A DNA stretch of 61,602 bases, the filler included, from Basidiobolus ranarum (taxonomy: Eukaryota), in NCBI GenBank assembly GCA_040143965.1. It is 11 parts of 11 records of this genome, joined end to end, with 100 filler letters (N's around TTAATTAATTAA, not from the genome) between each part and the next. Parts side by side here need not be neighbours in the genome. Positions count along the whole stretch, not along the records: positions 22,470 to 27,981 come from JASJQH010008450.1; positions 28,082 to 33,592 come from JASJQH010008451.1; positions 33,693 to 39,202 come from JASJQH010008452.1; 8 more parts are not named here. One strand, written 5' to 3'. Every line of letters starts with the position of its first letter. The first letter of the stretch is position 1. A model generated the notes under the pieces. It saw only the letters and a program-made list of their open reading frames with translations. It was not told the origin of the DNA and made no database searches. Of this stretch, positions 24,637 to 35,375 are shown piece after piece. Both the position numbers and the translations under genes were made by a program.

Positions 24637-27600
24637 TTAAGAAGTTTGTATCGAAGCTATTATCGGGAACCATTTATCCAGCATGACAGAGAGTGCAGAT
24701 AACGAGATCGGTTTTACAGCAACATCATCCATGCCATGGTCTAGAGCTGTTTGTCTTCCTTCATCTGTATCAAGTGACTGATCTGCAGTTAACGCGATGA
24801 TATATGATCGTTCCCACAAGATTGCATCTGCACGGTTGGCTCTCGAATTCCCTCTCCCTCCAGAATTGAGCCCATTGTGTTTGTCTTCAGACAACTTCTT
24901 GGCTATTACCCATTTATTTTCCATATCGCGAATGACACGAGTAGCTTCGTATCCATCCATGCGCGGCATCTGAATCAATAGAATATTAGTATTTCAAAAA
25001 CTTCAAAGTGATCGAGGTGGAATTACCTGTAAATCCATAAAGATAAGGTTGTATTTGTTTTCTTTATGCATCTCGCAGGCGATCATCCCATCTGCAGCAA
25101 GATCGATATGATCTACTCCAAGTTTTTTGAGCTGGAAAAGGGCAAGTTTTCTGGAACATGGGAAGAAGATAAGCATGTATAGATGAGAAGTGAATTGAAA
25201 TGAGTTAACCCAACCTGTTAATAGCGTTATCGTCTACCACCAAGATTTTAGCACTATTGATTTGTTTGAGCGACGCTTGATCGGAATTGTTACTCATGTT
25301 GGAATTTGAACGTTTGTAGATGCTCCGACTCTTTCCGTTTGGAGAAGTCATTCTAGATTTGCGATCAATATACTCTACAGTACTAGAAATACTAACTCGT
25401 TTTTCTTTTGCCAAAGGCGAAGTTACTTCAGGTGAAGCGGATTTCTTAAAAGATGGTGGATTCTCAGGTGTTGAGGTCATATTACTTGAAAGAACTTTCT
25501 TTGCTGACGTTGGAGCATGACTACCTAACACAGGAGTCGGTAATTTGAGTTTACTAGCGGAAAATCGGCGTTCTGGAAGGGGCTGACAATGAACAGAGTA
25601 TGCAGGTGGGATCCATTTTTGATCGTCCGTTCTCGGATTACATATGAGGGCTATCAACTCCCTCTCGGAAACAGGCTTACGACAGATCGATACATTATAG
25701 TATCGCTCTATAATTGACGGAATTCGTACTTTGCTTGCTTGGCCGAAAGCATAGAAGAATATTAATGTTGGTTTGTCGGTTTCCTGTGAAATTTCGGTAG
25801 GGAATTTCAATTCTTCATCGGATTCTTCGGGTTGATCCTGTACCAACGAGCGACAGATGATGTCCAACCATTCTTCAACATCAACACCGGCAGCTTCTGG
25901 AGGATTTATCTCGTCTTTTGATTCCACTGGTTGATGTCTTTGCCCCGGGCTTAGATCAAATAGTAGGATTGAATCACTCACATAAAAAGCAACGGAATCG
26001 TTTCCGTTAGGTACAGTAATATATCGTTCATTTGTGATCTCACTTTGCTCCTCAAGCATGAGATGACACGAAGATACACCCCAGGAATCTTGAACAAGTT
26101 TGAATAGAAATGATCCGAAGTATTTGCTTCTTGAGAAGACAAAAAAGTTTTTGTCACGAAGCCGCACTGAGCCAAGTGAACTTCCGTTATCCGCATCATA
26201 TAATGGACTAGGGTTACTAAGAAACGCTGATAAGAAGTGGGTAGTGGTAGGAAGCGGATTTATATGAGAATCTTGATCAACATCTACGTTCTTTTGCTTT
26301 TCTAGTGGGATAGAGAAGCCGAACACTGACCCTTGACCAGGCTCTGATTGCATCAAAACTTCGCCATTCATCAACTCTGTAAGACGTTTAACCTAGTATA
26401 AAGAAGACCTATTTAGAAATGCTAATTCTGCATATAGAAGCCCAGTAAACTTACCAAAAACAACCCGAGGCCAGTTCCGGTTTGAACTCTAGTACTATAA
26501 CCAAAGTTACTAATCACAATAGAGTATTGGAGCCGTAAGTAATTTGCATATCAATAATTACACAGATCAGATATACTAACCCTCCTTTAACTTGACTAAA
26601 TTCTTTAAAAAGCTTATTTTGAACTTCATGAGGTATTCCGATACCTAACAATAAGTTAATAACGAAAACTGAAAATCGATTCACTCGACAAAAGGACTAC
26701 CTGTATCCTTCACTAAGCAAAGAATTCGGGTAGAATCTACATCTTCATTTTGTACTTTGAAAGAGATCTCGATATATCCTTTTTCTGTAAACTATACAAT
26801 AAAGCCATTTAACGAATGTGTATCTTGAAATGAGTTTAACAAGAGAAGCTATATACCTTAACCGCATTGGACACTAGATTACTTAGTATTTGTCTAATTC
26901 GGCCTATATATTGGTAAATTAAAGTTGAAAAGATGCGTAAGTCTCCTATGTTATAATAAAGCTACCTCCCAACAGCAAAAAAAACAAACCTGAATCGCCA
27001 AGAAATAGACATGGCATCCCTCGTGGATAATCCAATAGTAACTCTAAACCTTTCTTCGATGATAGCCCGCTCATAATGTGACATGTATCTACGGCTAACT
27101 CATGGAGGTCAAACTCCGATTTAGACAAGGCCATCTTATCAGCACCTAGCTTACTTACATCCAAAATATCATTCAAAATTGCAAGTAAATTTCTAGATGC
27201 AGAATGAACCATCTTCATACTGGCTCGTGATTCTTCTCCGATTTTTGGATCAGTGAGTAAAAGCTCAGTCCATCCAAAGATTGCTGATAGAGGGGTACGA
27301 AGCTCGTGAGATACTTGGGAAACAAATCTGGATTTGGCACTTGAAGCATCTAGTGCTTGCTCACAAATATCTACAAGTTCATCCGTACAAAGTGTTCTAC
27401 TGAAATCGTGTAATATCGAAAGCGCGCAGATAAAAAATATATTAATGGAGTATCCCACTAATACGATAAGAGCCTGTCGCTCGCTACTTGGATTAGGAAT
27501 GCTTTGAGGAGCAAGTGAACGATTCCAGTAGAAGTATATATTTTCAAGAATACATACAAATGCGACAACAATTCCTGCACTACGGCCTACAATCATCACT

Positions 27601-27911
27601 GCCAATAACGGGAAAACATGGCTACATGCCGCACCCAATACTCCAAATCCCCCTTCTCCTTGAATGGTGGCAGCACTTACAAACATTAAGCACGCAATCA
27701 AAAGACTACCAGCGAGAGCGGTTGACTTCGTGTGGTGTAAAATAATTGGTATGGTGGCGCAAAGTATGGGTATTGTAGTCAGGTAACGAGTCTCGGGAGT
27801 GAGTCCAAATTGAGCCCACCATACTACTATCGTGAAAAGCAACACTATTGAAAAAGTTTTGATCAACAAGATATAAAGTGACTGTCTTTTAACAAGGCAC
27901 TTTGGCGCATA
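24637..27911 (-). CDS. Membrane-anchored hybrid histidine kinase (TM sensor-HisKA-HATPase-pseudo-receiver-receiver), at least 8 exons, 5' partial
   Basis: H box KSRFVSQVSHELRTPL; N box GDSGRIRQILSNLVSNAVKFT; G1 DTGIGIP; F box LFKEFSQ; G2 GTGLGL; GQGSVFGFSIP. Receiver KILVVDDNAINR...LIFMDLQMPRMDGYEAT...IIALTA...KPI. About 6 hydrophobic helices at the N-terminus. Confidence 0.95.
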
Positions 27912-28135
27912 CTAATTGTATCATTCATTTTTTTAGCTCTTTTTGGGTAACGAGGAGGGACAGATTCGTGCGTACAGCACTNNNNNNNNNNNNNNNNNNN
28001 NNNNNNNNNNNNNNNNNNNNNNNNNTTAATTAATTAANNNNNNNNNNNNNNNNNNNNNNNNNNNNNNNNNNNNNNNNNNNNCACCTGTTAATTACTTCGC
28101 ACCCAGAGTCAACGCACTTGCTGCCACTCACTATT

Positions 28136-28675
28136 CTAATGGGCCGTGTGAACAGCAACGGGGTGCTTGTGAGCAAGGACCACAAATGCAACCTCTACAG
28201 CCTCGTCTCTGGTAGTGGAATCGGGTAAATTGCTCCATTGCAGTACGTGGTTAAGAGGAAGATCAGGGTTCATAATTGTACCAGTTACTAATGCTCCTGC
28301 CGAATTACCGCTGAACAAACCCATCATGAGTTGCTGGGTTTGAGTAGGGACATTAGTGAAATCGAATCCTTTGTCTTGATTAACTATAGCAACCTCTAGG
28401 TGAGAAACGCGCCCCAGAGGGTTCCAAAGAAATCCAGCGTATATCCATTGATAGCATAGTGTGACCAGGAATATGATGAAGCCAACAAGGATTAGCGATT
28501 TAGTGATCAAGTGGGGTAATACTATGTATTGAGGGAAAAGCTGTGTAAATGTTCGTTTAAGTCTTTTGTTTCTTTCTTTGACTTCCACTACGGATTCTGG
28601 TTCAGACAACTGGGGTATAGATTCATGAGGTTGTAAGTTCTGAACCTTCTCTGTTGCAGCTCCTTCATTAGACAT
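28136..28675 (-). CDS. YhgE/Pip-like (DUF3533/SNG1-type) membrane protein, N-terminal part (3' cut by contig end)
   Basis: A TM helix followed by IYAGFLWNPLGRVSHLEVAIVNQDKG, matching the W.P.....L.VA.VN.D.G motif. ATG at 28675. Confidence 0.72.
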   Translation of the reverse strand: MSNEGAATEKVQNLQPHESIPQLSEPESVVEVKERNKRLKRTFTQLFPQYIVLPHLITKSLILVGFIIFLVTLCYQWIYAGFLWNPLGRVSHLEVAIVNQDKGFDFTNVPTQTQQLMMGLFSGNSAGALVTGTIMNPDLPLNHVLQWSNLPDSTTRDEAVEVAFVVLAHKHPVAVHTAH

Positions 28676-31600
28676 GATTTCTGTGGCTATTACTACAATA
28701 ACCAGGGTTTAGATATACAATCTCTCTTAATGACGAAAATAAAGTTGAGGGCATATAGAGTATCAAAGTCTATTTATAATAATCTCAATGCCCAGTACGA
28801 AAACGTCGGTACATCGGCTCGGGGACTCGGATATATTCTAGCCAATTGATTTCTACAAAACTGACCGCTTTATATCAACAAATATGGGAGTGACATTTTT
28901 TCCTTACTTGAGGAGTGTACACTTAGAACGAGAAAATTGGCCATAGCATTACACCTGAATGCAAGTATTAATTGAAGACCAGCTACCGAACTCGAATCAG
29001 TAAGGATCCTTATTAGTTTGGGAAAAACCGGTTACTATTTTGAGTATATATGAGCGAATTTAGTTTGTATAACCCAACAATTAAATGATTCTAGTGATTT
29101 GTCATGATATCACATGTAGAAAAGTCACAACTCAAAGACAGGCTCAAATGTTAACAGGAATCGGTGGCCAATACTGGTGCAAGTTTAGTGATGTCCCAAG
29201 TAAGCAATGATTTAGCAACAAATCTGGGGCAAACCCTACTGTGCTGCCTTCTCGGCAGAACATTAATACGCGTAGATCGGGGGGGATTAACACTAGAAGA
29301 TCCTTTGTACCGCTTCGTTTGCATGATGGGGTATAACAATACTAGTTGCTTACTCTAGACATCAATCAAAGTTTTCTTCTATCTGTTTGTGTACCCGATT
29401 TGCATGTGGAAATTACCTGGCGAGACTGTCCGACAAATAGTAATTCGTTACCTATACATTTATCGCAGTAAGAATTACGTCTGAAAGAACTTCCTATTTA
29501 AGATTCATTCGCTATTCAACAAACATCTTGTAATTTGAAGACAACTTCCCAAATAGCGACATGTCGTATCACATGCAACCGCTCAATTTCCTACAAAACA
29601 GCAGGCTCATGCCGTATTGCGTGGCTTAAAAGAACAGGCTTTATTATGACCATATGCGCTTTTCATTCCCCATGGTCGAGGTTCTTGATGGAATCAACCC
29701 AAGTTAAATATCACACCATCCAATTCCAAACTGCTCCATTTTTCCACACCTCGAGAATAAGAGCTAGATAGGCAATCAAAGGCTAAAAGCATAAAGCTAA
29801 TTCTTGTACAATTACATCATTTCTCCTATTTCTGAAGTGGGCTATAGATAGAGTTTTGCTACCATCCCAAATATGGCACTTCAGTTTCAAAGTTAGTTCA
29901 TTCAGGAACGAAGTCATAAACAATAAGATTGGCTAGCTGATATGACCACTGCTACGCCGATGACTCAAATGATGAAAAAGGGAAGTTCTTCATGATAGGA
30001 ACCAGAGATGGCATTCAGATGTTTGGCCTAATCCTTCGTGATGTATATTTTTGGGTTATCCATAAGCAGCCGATAGTTCTCTAGGTATTAGTTCCGAGTA
30101 TAATACTGGAATAAGTATTCCGACTAATCTTTTGCAAGAGATCATTGTGGAATTGCGTTGGTAGTCCGCTTTATTTATGATATGATCGGATGCATCTGTG
30201 ACTCTAATATTCGTCTGCAAAATACCTGGGCAATGAAGCACTTGCTTTTGTATAACATGGGAGGAAACGTTATCAAGCGATACTGAGCAGTATTGTGAAA
30301 TTTTACATACGATATCGGTGATGAAATGATTCTTTACTTCATGTTATCTAAGCCATTCACACTAAACTACTTCGACAAACCTTCTCTATCACAACTTTGT
30401 AATTTCTTTGGATTACGTAGTCAACTTTTGTGGCATATCAAAACCTAGAATACAGTCTTCTTCACTCTTACAAGTCAATTGTGGAAGCGAATCATGAGCA
30501 CCACATGCATAACTAATGTGTTGTAAAAGAATTTCCAAGGTTCATAATATTGTTTCAACAATGCGAAGAGCAGAGTATTACGCTGCTACTTGAAATATAT
30601 TTATCGTTTTCAACCAGGTAAACTTAATGGAGATAGTACATCTTATGATCACTTGGGTCAGGATTTACCGTAACTCATGCTGCACTTTAGATTACGTTTG
30701 CAACATGCATATTGAACTTATTTGTTAGTGGTATTATTGACTACTTACGTGTCTAAATGTTATATTCAGCGTACTATTCGAATTCAGCATGCAATTCCAT
30801 CTACTAATTGGTATACTAGCTATTCTTTGTGTAATTCTGCCCATTTGGTTCATACTTTTTAGGACATTTTTTACCAAACTTGACATGTCTTTAGATCCCT
30901 GTATTTTGGGTATTTCTTATAGTATTTCTGGAATATATGATCTCTTGCAAGGATCCTCCATGCTTCAGGGTTAGGATATGTAGTTTCTGTGCATAATATG
31001 GAAATCCAAGAGTATAGCCAAATCATTATAGAAGAAGTTTGAGAGGTGTTGGAGGTGGTTACAATGACCAGGAGCATTGCAAGATATTCCCTTCAGGTTG
31101 TACCAAGTGGTATGCAGTAGTAATTCTTTATTGGAGAAACAAAAGCAAATGGTGGTGCATCCTTAGGTTATCCTTAAAGTAAAAAACCCATACTTTGGGG
31201 GATATCTCCCAGATATCTTCAGTGTGCAATCAGCACATAGGGGATAATTCTGATAAACGTGTAGGTAGAAAGATAGGGCAAAAAGAAAAAATCATTTTAG
31301 ATTGGCTTGTGTCATATGCGTACTTACTAGAAATATGAAAGATATACAATTCGTATATAGTTTACCTAATATAAATAATCTGAATATCAATAATCCATAC
31401 ACTAAACATGGTGTATAGCAATGGAATGTTAGTGTCTAATGGTATATGAATTGGAAGTCACAGATAAGAATGTACCGAGCAACGTGTATGTATTATACAA
31501 TAACTTTGAAAAACTTGGGAACAGATTGCATTAAAAACAAACCTAAAAGTGAGTTGAAGTAATTATACTTTTGAAATGATTGGAAGCAATCAAAATTCAA

Positions 31601-33038
31601 CTGGATATTATCAAAATAGCCTCAAAGAAGAATACCAATTGCTTCCGAAACTCAGGTTTTGCGATCCTTGATAAGGATACAGCATCATTCTGTGATCCAA
31701 GACTGGTATGGCTAATTGTATAAAGCAAGGGTTTGGCAGATGAAACTTGGCCACTGAGATGTTTCATTAGTTTCTTACAATGGATGCGGTTTTGGATCCT
31801 GAGTATATCTATCAACGCCATAGATGTCTATAGCCATGACTTCCTTTCATGGAAGAATCGCTCTTCAACTGAGGTGGAGTCTAGATCGTGCCTATCGCAT
31901 TAGATAACCAGCATATTACTAATACTATCTAATACTTCCACTCGATTTAGGACCCAAGAGTTGTTTACTGTGGCTCTATTCATATAATTCACTCTTTGTA
32001 TGGAGGTGGCCTGAAATCATAATTTGATTCAACTCCCGGATCTGACTAGATTAAGAAATGGTATCCGTTATCTTCTGGAGTCTGCTAACCCTAAGAGACC
32101 ATTGCTCGCAATTTACTCACGGGTGCGTAGTCTCTCTCTTGGCCATGTCAGTAAGAGGTTCATAATCAATGATGACGGCCAAGATAACTCTGTAGACTCT
32201 ACCAAATGTATATGTTGTGCTAGATTCCTCCGTTCACAAAGCGCCCACTCTTCCCTGGTGCCAACCCTTATATATCAGAATTACTCGCCCATGCGTGCGC
32301 ATATCCTTACCATGATGTCCCATATTTGTTCATGCATCGTGACCAGATTGAAATCTATAGCCGTATCACCCATACTATACGTAGAGAGATTTCTTGAAGC
32401 GAACAGGCTACGAAGAGCCGGTCTAGTACAACATTAATAAGCAGAAACACTAATCAGACGCCGAGGGTGGTGATCTTCGTGGTAAAACATCGAGATTTAA
32501 ACACGATAGTTTCCATCTACCTGTTCGTGGTTGACCCGTCATGTGGGATGAACTTACTAGCGAGCTCCTAATTCTTTGTTTCAAGTCAAATGTTACGAAC
32601 GTTGAACAGCGTTGTTTGCTATGCCACGATCACACGAATTTCGCTGTTTGAGGGGACTAAGAAGGATTTTAAATCCAATTCCAAGCATGTAGAATCTCGA
32701 ATACTCTCGACGCAATATAAGCATCGAGCCATATGATTAGTTAATACAGTTCATCTTGTTCATTGAGATTCAATATATTGGAAAAAGCAATTTATTAACA
32801 CTACGGCCCCTAAACCTCGATATTAAGATTGATTGGAAAATTCAATAAATAACACTGTCACTGATCCTGAGATCGGTATCCAAGTTTATGCCTTTTTTTC
32901 TTCATTCACTTTAGATATCAATCAACTCGAACTTTTTTGACTTTAAACTGCACGTTCCTCTTTTGACGACTTTAGTATTCAAAGTTACCATCTATCTACT
33001 GACTACATTTCTGTACTCCCATTGGATTTTTTCTTAGT

Positions 33039-33592
33039 ATGAATACTAACAACCCTTCCGAACCACCCGATCCTTCGAAACCTACCAAACGGAAGCGCTT
33101 GACTCAAGCATGCGATACTTGTCGAAAAAAGAAAGTCAAATGTGATGGAAACCGTCCTAGTTGTTCGAATTGTATTCGCTTAAAAGTTCCTTGTACCTAT
33201 TTGCCAAGCTTGAAGAAACGTGGTCCAAGACAAGGCCAAAACGACAAAGTAGAAACCACTTTCAATAAAGCCCCTGACTATTTGAGAAGTGTTGCTAGTA
33301 CTGAGAACGTAGCTTTTGCGAGTCCAAGTCAAATGAGTGGATCTATACAGCCTGTTGGTTTGAGACCAGTGGCTAGAGCAAATACTATGTCTAGTTTCAT
33401 GGGAGGTATGCCTGGAATTCCAAACTACTCGCAGAATATGTTTTTGTCTCAGTTTAACATGCCTCAATACAACAATAACGGAAGAAATTTCACCCATTCG
33501 CCCAACACTAACCAGTCAAATGATCAGAGCAAAAACTCCGGATTGGGTCAATCTCCTTGTAGCAGCACACAGAGTGAAGAGGATGCAGACCG
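33039..33592 (+). CDS. Zn(II)2Cys6 fungal transcription factor, N-terminal part
   Basis: KRKRLTQACDTCRKKKVKCDGNRPSCSNCIRLKVPCTY, the canonical binuclear cluster, followed by KKRGPR. Confidence 0.96.
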
Positions 33593-33692
33593 NNNNNNNN
33601 NNNNNNNNNNNNNNNNNNNNNNNNNNNNNNNNNNNNTTAATTAATTAANNNNNNNNNNNNNNNNNNNNNNNNNNNNNNNNNNNNNNNNNNNN

Positions 33693-34249
33693 AGAATATA
33701 AGAGTAATTATCTGCTTTAGAATGAGCCTCAATGGCCCCTCCTTGAAACAATAGAATAAGATGACTTAGGATTGGTAAGTTAACTCTACTTTTTTGACTT
33801 ACTGAGAGCTGATCTGCCATAGTTTTTATCCAATTTATATGATTAAGCATGGAATCATCAGGATTTATCTGAATTGAAAATAATTTTTGCCTAAGATATA
33901 GCCTATTAGCCAGACTTTTAATCTCATATAGTCCCTCAAGTGTTTCCCAAGCATTTTGGACCTTACTGTCTGATTGTATGTGCCTCTATTAAGAATCTCT
34001 GAGCTGTAGACAAAGTGTAGAGAGTGCTTTCCTCTGCTTCTTCTGAAAGGTAAGGATAGCTTCTGGTGGTCCCTTTGGCTCTATTTCTTCTCCTGTAACA
34101 AATCCCCAAAGGTCCTTGTCTTCCAGCACCACATGCATCTTGAACTTCCAAAGGTAAAAGTCTTCACCATCAAACTTCTCTGTGGATGCAAAACGTTGGT
34201 AATTGTTCTGGTAGACATTCCTTTAACAGCTAGCTTGGGGCTTATAACC
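33693..34249 (-). mobile_element. Copia family A primer-binding site and gag start (degenerate)
   Basis: PBS GGTTATAAGCCC (34249-34238), then EKFDGEDFYLWKFKMHVVLEDKDLWGFVTG...AWETLEGLYEIKSLANRLYLRQK with stops. Confidence 0.88.
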
Positions 34250-34601
34250 TGATAAAAGTGTTTAGGCGATTTGGAAGTGTTTTGGACAAGATTTGGAATT
34301 GTGAATCAGACACTTAAGTTTTATTCAACTTAAAATGTCCTATTTATAGCTTACTATGAAATAGGACTATTGGACATGCTTAGATCATAACAGACATGCC
34401 TGTCAAGCATGGGTCAAAATTAGAGGTGATTTGGGGAAGTTTGGAAATAATAGTGAAATTTGGTAAGGGTGAACTAATTGATATATCAATCAATTAGAGC
34501 AATAAACACACATTTTTGAATGACAGAATTGAGTGCTAAGTAATCAGAATATGAATAAACTAACTACTAAATAATAAGTTGCTATTTACCTAATTTCAAC
34601 A
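34250..34601 (-). mobile_element. 5' LTR, family A (~352 bp)
   Basis: TGTTGAAATTAGG...CTTTTATCA immediately followed by PBS and gag; related copies at 5621-5797 and 8637-9230. Confidence 0.9.
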
Positions 34602-35117
34602 CTTATGAGGGCAATAATGTTTGCCAATAACAAAGTGTCCATACCAAAACTTTCATCTTTTTCTTCAACTTCTGATATACTACCATATAGATGGGAGTAA
34701 CTAAGATCAACATAGCAGCAAGTACTCCAAGTTGTCTGGACTTACTGGTTTGACCAAAGCTACATTTCTAGCTGCATCATCTTGGTCATATACCTGTGGT
34801 AACTCCATGGTATCTTGACTTTAGGAATTGTTACCAAGATTTTGGGGCAAAGTACAGTCAGTGGACTCAGTAGGCAAAACTAAAGTTGATTTTGTAAATA
34901 TGAATGTCACTGTGACAATCTAGCAGAGCACAATATGTGTCAGACCATTCAGCCTAAACAACAGCCTGAAATTGGTTGAGCACATAAAAGTAGTAATTAT
35001 CTGGAAAATATGGGCTGTTTGGAGAAACTTTAAAAAAGTGGAGTTGTGAATAGCTTTGTGAGAAAAATATTTATTGTCCAGAAATAAAGCATTAATACAT
35101 TTTGGTGGAAATACAGA

Positions 35118-35375
35118 AATCTAACACTGGGGTTGTGTTCAGAACATCTGTGGGAGTAAAATGAGCTATCTTTGGGGCAATTTGGACAAGTTTGAAGTTT
35201 CCAATATGGAATTGCTAATTCTCACATTATTCACATATATATTTAATATATGTTCTAATTTTTGGTTGAGTGATATTTGACTATGTAGTGTAAACTAACT
35301 TATATATGATATATGCAATAGTTAGGTTTATTAAGATAGAGATAACAAATATGATAAAGACAATAAACTTCAACA
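35118..35375 (-). mobile_element. LTR-type repeats: family D terminus (starts TGTTGAAG at 35375) and a segment shared with 44701-44810
   Basis: ~35318-35375 is near-identical to 44911-44968 and 50515-50572. 35118-35226 is the reverse complement of 44701-44810. A PPT-like GGGTGAGAG precedes 35375. Confidence 0.75.

Noticed and set aside
30780..31260. CpG-poor island in the long intergenic region
   Set aside because: Possibly a TE relic, but no termini, second copy or protein motif supports a call.
32024..32437. 137-aa ORF upstream of the Zn2Cys6 gene
   Set aside because: Non-ATG start and no motif; likely a chance ORF in promoter DNA.
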